Below, in pieces: positions 9,717 through 17,664 of a DNA stretch of 27,225 nucleotides. The position numbers and the translations under genes were made by a program. This DNA comes from Elusimicrobiota bacterium. Lineage in GTDB: Bacteria; Elusimicrobiota; Elusimicrobia; F11. The first letter of the stretch is position 1. Each line of letters starts with the position of its first letter. Below the pieces are notes generated by a model. The model made no database searches. It was given only the letters and a program-made list of their open reading frames with translations, and was not told the origin of the DNA. The stretch lies in contig JBJXGI010000090.1 of the NCBI GenBank assembly GCA_046153645.1, positions 1 through 27,225 on the forward strand. The letters are read 5' to 3'.

Positions 9717-11996
9717 ATGTTTAAGAAAATTAAAAACGTTCACTTTATAGGCATTGGCGGCAGTGGAATGAGTGGAATTGCCGAAGTATTGCTCAAATTA
9801 GGCTATCACGTTAGCGGAAGTGATATGTCTCAATCTGCTGTCTCAAAAAGGCTTGAAGAATTGGGAGCTCGAGTTTTTATTGGACATAAAGCCGCTCATA
9901 TTCTGGGAGCCGATGTCGTTGTAACATCCACGGCTATTTCTAAAACCAATCCCGAAGTGATTCAAGCTCATAAAAAAAATATTCCGGTTATTCCTCGTAT
10001 TGAAATGTTAGCGGAAATTGCTCGGCTCAAATATACCATTGCGATTGCAGGAACTCATGGAAAAACAACCACGACCTCTTTGGTGGGGCAGATTTTATCG
10101 TATTGCGCAGTGGATCCCACTGTCATTGTAGGGGGACGTTTGAAAGCGGTGGGAACGGGTGGAGTGTTGGGCTCAGGAGATTATTTGGTGGCAGAAGCTG
10201 ATGAATCAGATGGTTCATTTCTACATCTATCACCCACTATTTCTGTTATTACTAATATTGACGATGACCATCTAGATTATTACAAAACCATGGAACGTTT
10301 GGAGTCTGCTTTCATTCAATTTGCCGATTACGTTCCTTTTTATGGGTGTACTTATGTGTGCGGAGAAGATAAGGGAATTAAAAGAGTCCTCTCTAAAATG
10401 CGGCGCCGAACGCAGATATATGGATTTGATAAAAAATATTATTTATCCGCTTCTAAAATTAAATTAACGGAATCAGGTTCTACTTTTGAGGTTTTTCTCA
10501 AAGGTAAAAAATTGGGATCGGTCACGTTACCGTTATCAGGAAAACACAATGTTTTAAATTCGCTGGCCGCCATTGCGGTGGCACTTCATATTGATTTGCC
10601 ATTTCAAAAAATTGCGGAGGCCTTGTCTCAGTTTAGGGGTGTGGGGCGGCGAATAGAACTTAAAGGTGAGGCTCGAGGGATTGTTGTTGTTGATGATTAT
10701 GGCCATCACCCCACAGAAATAAAAGCCACTTTGTCGGCCATTCGTGGGCGATGGCCAAAAAAACGACTGGTTGTTTTATTTCAACCGCATCGTTATACTC
10801 GAACACAAATTTTGGCTAAACAATTTGCAGAAGCTTTATCGATTTCAGACCAACTTCTTTTACTTCCCATTTATCCCGCCGGAGAAAAACCAATCAAAGG
10901 AGTTTCCTCACAAAGTATTTCTAAATTTTTAAAAAAGAAAAACTGGGTACAGTTAAATGGCCATCCAGATTATTCGACACTATCAAGATTTCTCAAATCG
11001 GGAGATGTGCTTTTAACCCTGGGAGCCGGAGACGTGTGGAAAGTGGGGGAGCAGTTTTTACACTTAGCGGTTTCTCTCGGAGAAAGAATCAAACTTGCAT
11101 TCCCATCATTATCTGAACGAGTGAAATGTGAGGAGCCGCTTAGTCGACATTCCACCTGGGCCATTGGCGGACCAGCGGAAGTTTATATGGAAGTTCATTC
11201 ACTCAAAGAACTTCAGTATTTCTATAAGTGGTGTTTGACACAACAGGTCCCAGTTTTTTTCTTAGGCTGGGGATCAAATATTTTAATTCCTGATGAAGGT
11301 TTAAGGGGCGTGGTCATTCGACTCCGTGGAGATTTTGAGTCAATTAATATAAAAAATGAAAGTGTAACCGTTGGAGCAGGTGTACATTTACCCAAATTAG
11401 CTAAAGCAACGGCTGAAGAAGGACTCTCTGGGGTTGAGGCTCTGGCTGGCGTTCCTGGGACTATCGGTGGCGCACTCATGACCAATGCAGGCACTCAACG
11501 GGGTGTGATAGGAGATGTTATTGAAACGGTCACACTTTTCCTTCCAAATGGAAATATAAAAACTCTTACCAAAGATCAAATTAAATTTGAATATCGCAAT
11601 ACAAGTCTAAAGGGTTCTTGGGTTGTGAGTGCCACATTAAAATTAAAAAGTAAATCAAAAGAAGAAACGCAAAAAAACTTAATGTTTGAATTGGATTACC
11701 GCTCAAAAACCCAACCCCTTGGGACGAAAAATGTGGGGTCTATTTTTCGAAACCCTCCTGGGGATCACGCCGCGCGTCTTATTGAAGCAGCCGGCCTCAA
11801 AGGCAAAGTATGGGGAAAGATGCGTGTATCTCCCAAACATGCCAATTTTATTGAGAATATGGGGGGCGGGACCGCAAAAGAATCCAAAGAGTTAATGATT
11901 TTAATACAGGACGCAGTTAAAGAAAAATTTCAAATTAATTTACACCCTGAAGTCATTTTGGTTGAACAACCGCAAGTCCCCATCTTAAGAGATTAA
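9717..11996 (+). CDS. murC: Fused UDP-N-acetylmuramate--L-alanine ligase / UDP-N-acetylenolpyruvoylglucosamine reductase (MurC-MurB)
   Basis: N-terminal ~448 aa MurC (HFIGIGGSGMSG, AGTHGKTTT, EADESD, DDYGHHPTE, FQPHRYTR, GAGD); C-terminal MurB (IGGPA, GSNIL, PGTIGGAL, FEYR, GSIFRNP, HANFI); one continuous frame. Confidence 0.95.
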   Translation: MFKKIKNVHFIGIGGSGMSGIAEVLLKLGYHVSGSDMSQSAVSKRLEELGARVFIGHKAAHILGADVVVTSTAISKTNPEVIQAHKKNIPVIPRIEMLAEIARLKYTIAIAGTHGKTTTTSLVGQILSYCAVDPTVIVGGRLKAVGTGGVLGSGDYLVAEADESDGSFLHLSPTISVITNIDDDHLDYYKTMERLESAFIQFADYVPFYGCTYVCGEDKGIKRVLSKMRRRTQIYGFDKKYYLSASKIKLTESGSTFEVFLKGKKLGSVTLPLSGKHNVLNSLAAIAVALHIDLPFQKIAEALSQFRGVGRRIELKGEARGIVVVDDYGHHPTEIKATLSAIRGRWPKKRLVVLFQPHRYTRTQILAKQFAEALSISDQLLLLPIYPAGEKPIKGVSSQSISKFLKKKNWVQLNGHPDYSTLSRFLKSGDVLLTLGAGDVWKVGEQFLHLAVSLGERIKLAFPSLSERVKCEEPLSRHSTWAIGGPAEVYMEVHSLKELQYFYKWCLTQQVPVFFLGWGSNILIPDEGLRGVVIRLRGDFESINIKNESVTVGAGVHLPKLAKATAEEGLSGVEALAGVPGTIGGALMTNAGTQRGVIGDVIETVTLFLPNGNIKTLTKDQIKFEYRNTSLKGSWVVSATLKLKSKSKEETQKNLMFELDYRSKTQPLGTKNVGSIFRNPPGDHAARLIEAAGLKGKVWGKMRVSPKHANFIENMGGGTAKESKELMILIQDAVKEKFQINLHPEVILVEQPQVPILRD

Positions 11997-12003
11997 TTAA
12001 GAT

Positions 12004-12960
12004 ATGAATAAAACTCTCCAACTTCTTCAAAAAAAACAAGTGGCGGTACTCATGGGCGGTTGGTCCCGAGAACGCCCCATCTCCCTTAAAACGGGTCGGG
12101 CCATTTCTAAAGCTCTCAGTGATATGAATGTGAAGCATGATGCCATTGATGTGAAAACCAATATTATGGAAGTCCTTCAAAAAAAGAAGATAAATTTTTG
12201 TTTTATCGCTCTCCATGGCGCTTTTGGGGAAGATGGCGGTATTCAAGCCTGTTTAGACGCCCTTAAGATCTCTTACACAGGGTCTGGTGCCATATCGAGT
12301 GCTGTTGCTATGGATAAAGATCTTTCAAAAAAAATATTTTCTCACGCAAAGGTGCCCACCGCAAGCTGGTCTATTTTGCATAAGAGAGATTCTAATAATC
12401 AACAAACCATTAAAAAGATAATAGGAAAATTTTCGGGGAAGTCTTTGTTCGTCAAACCCATAGATCAAGGGTCTGCTTTGGGCGCTTCTAAAGTGGAAAA
12501 AACTCACAACCTTAAGGGCGCACTCGAAAATTGTTTTAAATTTTCTTCAGTGGCCATGATTGAAGAGTTTATTCCTGGTCGAGAATTAACAGTCGGGATT
12601 TTAGGAAACAAAATTCTCCCGGTCGTTGAAATTGTTCCTCGACATCGTTTTTATGATTTTCATTCTAAATACGCAAAAGGCGGATCTATTCATTTGGTTC
12701 CAGCACCTTTAACGAGAAAAGAAACCACCGATTGCCAGAAAATAGCAAAAGCGGCTTTTGATTCTTTGAAGTGTAGTTCTTATGGCCGAGTTGATGTTCG
12801 CTTAACACCACAAGGAAAACCATTTGTCTTAGAAGTAAATACGATTCCAGGGATGACTTCAACGTCACTTTTACCTGATGCCGCTAAGGCCATTGGCATG
12901 TCATTTCATGATCTTGTCTTAGAAATTGCTCAATTATCTTTTGAAAATAATAAGATATAA
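12004..12960 (+). CDS. ddl: D-alanine--D-alanine ligase
   Basis: VAVLMGGWSRER, LHGAFGEDG, FYDFHSKY (Tyr of the D-Ala-D-Ala type), LEVNTIPGMT. Confidence 0.96.
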   Translation: MNKTLQLLQKKQVAVLMGGWSRERPISLKTGRAISKALSDMNVKHDAIDVKTNIMEVLQKKKINFCFIALHGAFGEDGGIQACLDALKISYTGSGAISSAVAMDKDLSKKIFSHAKVPTASWSILHKRDSNNQQTIKKIIGKFSGKSLFVKPIDQGSALGASKVEKTHNLKGALENCFKFSSVAMIEEFIPGRELTVGILGNKILPVVEIVPRHRFYDFHSKYAKGGSIHLVPAPLTRKETTDCQKIAKAAFDSLKCSSYGRVDVRLTPQGKPFVLEVNTIPGMTSTSLLPDAAKAIGMSFHDLVLEIAQLSFENNKI

Positions 12961-12962
12961 GC

Positions 12963-13817
12963 ATGAGTTTTTTTAACCGCTCTAAAAATAAATTCTCAAA
13001 TCGAAAAATAAAGAAAGTGTCTCGACCTAGAGTCAGACCACAAAAGGTGAAATTTAGGACTCGATACGCGAAATCGGTAGCCACACAATACCTCAAAGCT
13101 ATTGGCATATTAACAGGTATTGCGGTTGTTGGTTTTGGCGTATTTTCTCTGGGTGGTTCTGCCAATAAATATTGGAATAACTCTGCTAACTTTAAAGTAG
13201 ATCGAATTATTTGGCAAGGAGACATTCCTAAAAATTTGCCGAGTTTTTTAAACCTAAAACCAGGAACGCAAATTTTTTCCCTTAAAACAGAAACATTAGA
13301 AGAAAGAGCCATCAAGAAATTCTCAGAATTAAAATCTTTAAGGGTCTCACGCAATCTAAATAAAGATGTGGTTATTGAAGGCGAGTTTAGATCCGCGCTG
13401 GCTATTTCTGCTCAGAACGATCATCTTATTGGTATTGATGAAAAATCAGTAGTGTTTCCCTTGTCTATACCCATGCCTCAGTTGGTAAATAGTATTTGGT
13501 TTAGCATGGCTGATCCAACACACAAAACAAAAATTGTAAACTTCTTGTCGTCGGTGAAAAACGAGTTCCCCGATTTTTTAAAGATAGTAAAATCTATCGA
13601 AACTGATAGAATAGGAATGTTAAAAATTGTGTTGGACAACGGAGTGATCATAGAGTGGGGAATTTTGGAACAATCAAATCTCTCGCAGAGAATCAAAAAC
13701 GTTTTGCATGTTTTAACTGATATGAAACCCATGAAATCGTCCGCACTTTTAAAATTTGTGACAGATGAAAGAATCGTCATGGATAACAATTGGGATTCTA
13801 TTAAGAAGAAATCATAG
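12963..13817 (+). CDS. ftsQ: Cell division protein FtsQ/DivIB
   Basis: Basic cytoplasmic N-terminus, single TM segment, POTRA-like region; position between ddl and ftsA. Confidence 0.75.
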   Translation: MSFFNRSKNKFSNRKIKKVSRPRVRPQKVKFRTRYAKSVATQYLKAIGILTGIAVVGFGVFSLGGSANKYWNNSANFKVDRIIWQGDIPKNLPSFLNLKPGTQIFSLKTETLEERAIKKFSELKSLRVSRNLNKDVVIEGEFRSALAISAQNDHLIGIDEKSVVFPLSIPMPQLVNSIWFSMADPTHKTKIVNFLSSVKNEFPDFLKIVKSIETDRIGMLKIVLDNGVIIEWGILEQSNLSQRIKNVLHVLTDMKPMKSSALLKFVTDERIVMDNNWDSIKKKS

Positions 13818-13827
13818 GGGGAATGCC

Positions 13828-15108
13828 TTGTCAAAACCTGAAATAATTGCGGGAATCGATATCGGAAGTGGACAGTTGGTATGTACCGTTGGAAAAAGAG
13901 AACCAGATCAAGATCAAGTAGAAATTATTGCGGCTGTTAAACAAAGTTGTCGCGGCCTTAAAGGCGGAGTTGTTATCAATATCGATGAAACAGCTCTTTC
14001 AATTTCTCGCATTATTGAAGCCGCAGAAGAAATGTCGAAGGAAACAATTAGAGATTTAATTGTTGGAATTCGAGGCGCTCACATTCAAACTTTTAATCAC
14101 CACGGCGCCATTAATATTGCCCGCACCGACAAAGAAATTACCACTGATGATGTTTCTCAAGTCATAGAAACCACCAAAGCCGTTCCTATTTCAACCGACC
14201 GTGAAATTATTCATGTTATTCCCCAGGATTTTGTTTTAGATCGTCAGCAAGGAGTTCCCAACCCCGTGGGAATGGAAGGATCACTATTAGAAGCAGAAGT
14301 CCATATTGTTACGGCAGGATCCAGTCATCTAAATAATGTTTGGAGGTCTATTAATAATGCAGGCTTTGCCATTCGTGAACCCGTGTATGGATTATTGGCT
14401 TTGGGTGATGCCGTTGTTTCTCAAGAAGAAAAAGATTTGGGATGTTTATTGGTTGACTTAGGCGGAGCCACAACTGGATTGGCTATTTATACAGATGGCG
14501 GGGTTCGGTTTACAAAAGAACTTCCTGTTGGTGCTGATGCCATTACCAATGATTTGGCCCACGGACTAAGAACTTCATTTTCTCAAGCGAAAATGGTCAA
14601 AGAACGTTACGGAGTTGCCGCTAAAGCGGGAAGAAAATCTATTTTGGTTGCCACCACAGGCGACGAAGATAATGGTCTTGATATGGAAGAAATGATTTCT
14701 TTTACCAGTGTTGATGGTCGAACGCAAAGAGAAATTCAACGCAATACCCTCTTCGATTTTATTTCGCCTAGAGTAGAAGAAATTTTTTCTCTTATTGGAA
14801 CAGAACTTGAAGGCTCAGGACTTTCCGAACAAATTGCCGCTGGAGGAATTATCGTAACCGGTGGGGGATCTATGATGCCTGGTATTATTAGTGCTGCTCA
14901 GAAAATTTTAGATCTTCCTTCTCGCCAAGGCTTACCTCAAAGTGTTGTTGGATTGCCGGAGATTATTTCTCATCCCAGTTATGCAACAGCTGTGGGACTG
15001 CTTTCTTTTCATCCCATTGGAGATAGCTATAAAAACGCCCGGAGCATGAAACGTCAAGGAGGTTCTTTATTTGGCCAAGTAAAAACCTTTTTATCGGAAA
15101 TTTTTTAA
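13828..15108 (+). CDS. ftsA: Cell division protein FtsA
   Basis: IAGIDIGS, LVDLGGATT, VTGGGS, YATAVGL, C-terminal amphipathic helix. Start moved to TTG 13828 (SD AGGGGG) from the track's 13765. Confidence 0.95.
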   Translation: MSKPEIIAGIDIGSGQLVCTVGKREPDQDQVEIIAAVKQSCRGLKGGVVINIDETALSISRIIEAAEEMSKETIRDLIVGIRGAHIQTFNHHGAINIARTDKEITTDDVSQVIETTKAVPISTDREIIHVIPQDFVLDRQQGVPNPVGMEGSLLEAEVHIVTAGSSHLNNVWRSINNAGFAIREPVYGLLALGDAVVSQEEKDLGCLLVDLGGATTGLAIYTDGGVRFTKELPVGADAITNDLAHGLRTSFSQAKMVKERYGVAAKAGRKSILVATTGDEDNGLDMEEMISFTSVDGRTQREIQRNTLFDFISPRVEEIFSLIGTELEGSGLSEQIAAGGIIVTGGGSMMPGIISAAQKILDLPSRQGLPQSVVGLPEIISHPSYATAVGLLSFHPIGDSYKNARSMKRQGGSLFGQVKTFLSEIF

Positions 15109-15117
15109 AGGAAAAAC

Positions 15118-16233
15118 ATGAAAATTAAATTTACAGAGGATTTTAAAGAACAACCCGCCATTATTAGAGTTGTTGGATTGGGGGGAGCCGGTGGAAATGC
15201 GGTCAATCGAATGGTCGAAGCTCAAGTGTCAAACGTTGAATTTATTGCTGCCAATACCGACGCGCAGGCCCTTCGTCGAAACTTAGCCCCTGTTCGAATT
15301 CAAATTGGAGAAAGATTAACCAAGGGATTGGGAGTGGGTGGAAATCCTTCTCTTGGCGCAGAAGCCGCATTAGAATCTGAAGATCGATTAAAAGAAGTTA
15401 TTGCGGGTTCAGACATGTTATTTGTTACAGCTGGAATGGGTGGGGGAACGGGAACTGGTTCTGCCCCTGTTGTGGCAAAGTTAGCGAAATCTCTTAACCC
15501 CGCCCCACTTGTTATTGGCGTGGTTACACGTCCCTTTGAATTCGAGGGTTTGGTTCGCTCAAACCAAGCTTTCGCTGGAATAGAAGAACTGCGTCCCTAT
15601 GTAGACACGTTGCTTGTTATCCCCAACGATAAACTTTTTGAAATTATTGATGAAAAAACACCTTCTCTTGAAGCGTTCCGGGTCGCCGATGACGTGCTTC
15701 GTCAAGCAATGCAAGCCATCGCTGATGTCATTACAACTCATGGTTTGGTCAATGTCGATTTTGCTGACGTTAAAACCATTATGGCCAGCTCCAGTGAAGC
15801 GCTCATGGGTATCGGAATAGGAACAGGTCCCGACCGTGCCGTCACTGCCGCTCGCCAAGCCGTTCATTCCCCATTATTAGAAAACGTTTCAATTGAAGGG
15901 GCCAAAGGCGTTTTGGTTAATATTACAGGCAATAAAAATATCACCATGTTTGAGGTTCGAGAAGTGATGGATTTTGTCAGTTCGGCCACCGCTACGAGTT
16001 CCCATGTCTTTTATGGTCAAGTTTTCGATGAATCATTGGAAGATAAACTAAAAGTAACGGTGATCGCAACAGGCTTTCCAGCGAGAAGCCATAAACAGCC
16101 AGAAAAATCAACGCAAAAGCGTTCTCCCGTTTCTGTTTTTCAGACTCCTCAAAATAATCCATCTTCTTCTTTTTCAGAAGATGATTTAAAAAGGCCAGCT
16201 TATTTAAGGCTTAGAAATCGAAAGTTGAAATAA
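15118..16233 (+). CDS. ftsZ: Cell division protein FtsZ
   Basis: GGAGGNAVNRM, GMGGGTGTG, NVDFADV, C-terminal DLKRPAYLR. Confidence 0.98.
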   Translation: MKIKFTEDFKEQPAIIRVVGLGGAGGNAVNRMVEAQVSNVEFIAANTDAQALRRNLAPVRIQIGERLTKGLGVGGNPSLGAEAALESEDRLKEVIAGSDMLFVTAGMGGGTGTGSAPVVAKLAKSLNPAPLVIGVVTRPFEFEGLVRSNQAFAGIEELRPYVDTLLVIPNDKLFEIIDEKTPSLEAFRVADDVLRQAMQAIADVITTHGLVNVDFADVKTIMASSSEALMGIGIGTGPDRAVTAARQAVHSPLLENVSIEGAKGVLVNITGNKNITMFEVREVMDFVSSATATSSHVFYGQVFDESLEDKLKVTVIATGFPARSHKQPEKSTQKRSPVSVFQTPQNNPSSSFSEDDLKRPAYLRLRNRKLK

Positions 16234-16284
16234 AATTAAAAAATGATTGAAAATTCAACTTCTCAAATTTAAACTTTGACCATA

Positions 16285-17436
16285 ATGGATGAAACCCAAC
16301 CCCCACTTCCTCCGGTCAACGGAGAGCCTCAAAACCACCCCCCAAGAATAATCGATATTATTAATGACCTTTTGAAGGTGATGGTTGATAAAAGAGCTTC
16401 TTATTTACACGTAAGATCAGGATGCGTTCCCATCTTTCGAATTGATGGAAATTTAACGCCTGTATCTAAATCAATTCTCTCTCCTGATTTGGTTCGTGAT
16501 ATTCTTTTTCAGATGTTATCTGTTCGCCAACGGAAAATATTTGAAGTTAAAAATGAAATCGATTACTCTTTTGCTATGGCCCCTTTTGGTCGGTTTCGCG
16601 GGAATGCTTTCAAACAACGTGGCTCTGTGGCTCTTGTTCTTCGGCAAATTCCAACAAAAATTCCTACTTTTCAAGATTTAGCTGTTCCAAAAGTGATGTC
16701 TAAATTCGCTCAGCTCAATCGTGGATTAGTTTTGGTTTGTGGTCCAACGGGAAGTGGGAAATCAACAACATTGGCTGCCATGATTGATTACATTAATCAA
16801 GACCGTTCAGAACACATTGTCACCATTGAAGATCCCATTGAATTTCTTTACAAAGATAAAAAATCCATCATTAGTCAACGAGAACTGGGGAGCGATACAT
16901 TAAGTTTTTCAGAAGCCCTCAAACATGTACTTCGTCAAGATCCCGATGTTATTTTACTAGGAGAAATGCGCGATTTAGAAACAACCTCGACCGCTATCAC
17001 TGCCGCTCAAACAGGTCATTTGGTTTTTTCAACTCTTCATACAACAGACGCAGTTCAAACTATAAATAGAATTATTGATATGTATCCACCTCACCAACAA
17101 ATGCAAGTGCGTTATCAATTATCAGATGTACTTAAGGGAGTTGTTTGCCAACGCTTGATTCAAAGGTCTTCTGGTCTGGGCCGCATTCCGGCCTGCGAAG
17201 TCTTGGTTGTGACCGCCTTAGTAAAAAAGGCCATTGCCGAAAACAAGATGATTGAAGTTCAAGAAGCCATTCGCCAAGGCCAATATTATGGGATGGAAAC
17301 TTTCCATCAAGCGCTCCTTAAACTTTTCAAAGAAGGTTCTATCAAACTTGAAGATGCACTGGAAACAGCCTCCAACCCAGAAGAACTCATGATGGCCATT
17401 CGCGGTATCACCTCTGGTACCGAAGGTGTTGCTTAA
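16285..17436 (+). CDS. Type IV pilus retraction ATPase, PilT/PilU family
   Basis: GRFRGNAFKQRG, GPTGSGKSTTL, TIEDPIE, RQDPD, GEMRD, TGHLVFSTLH; ATG 16285 preferred over TTG 16276. Confidence 0.92.
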   Translation: MDETQPPLPPVNGEPQNHPPRIIDIINDLLKVMVDKRASYLHVRSGCVPIFRIDGNLTPVSKSILSPDLVRDILFQMLSVRQRKIFEVKNEIDYSFAMAPFGRFRGNAFKQRGSVALVLRQIPTKIPTFQDLAVPKVMSKFAQLNRGLVLVCGPTGSGKSTTLAAMIDYINQDRSEHIVTIEDPIEFLYKDKKSIISQRELGSDTLSFSEALKHVLRQDPDVILLGEMRDLETTSTAITAAQTGHLVFSTLHTTDAVQTINRIIDMYPPHQQMQVRYQLSDVLKGVVCQRLIQRSSGLGRIPACEVLVVTALVKKAIAENKMIEVQEAIRQGQYYGMETFHQALLKLFKEGSIKLEDALETASNPEELMMAIRGITSGTEGVA

Positions 17437-17445
17437 CTAAATCTT

Positions 17446-17487
17446 CATACAGCTGAAAAAAAGTCATGACTTTTTTTCAGTTGTATG
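17446..17487. repeat. 42-bp near-perfect palindrome (terminator-like hairpin or protein-binding site)
   Basis: CATACAGCTGAAAAAAAGTCA|TGACTTTTTTTCAGTTGTATG; 20/21 Watson-Crick pairs plus one G-T, no spacer; 9 nt after the pilT stop. Confidence 0.85.
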
Positions 17488-17649
17488 TAAGAAAAGAATC
17501 AGAAAAGAAAGAAGGAAATATACTCATCCTTCCAGCCCAACAGTTTTTATCCCTTATTTGACCTGATTTTTCAGCTTGTTTTTAGTTTTTTAAAGTTAAT
17601 CACTTCTTCATCAAGAATTCATCATTTCATTATATTTTACAGCTATATT

Positions 17650-17664
17650 TATAATCTGTTTATG
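17650..17664 (+). promoter_or_regulatory. Perfect -10 box immediately before ATG (leaderless start)
   Basis: TATAAT (17650-17655)-CTGTTT-ATG; no SD; -35 weak. Confidence 0.5.

Noticed and set aside
16926..16938. GTACTTCGT in pilT as a fourth copy of the repeat
   Set aside because: Matches only 9 nt and encodes the conserved VLRQDPD motif.
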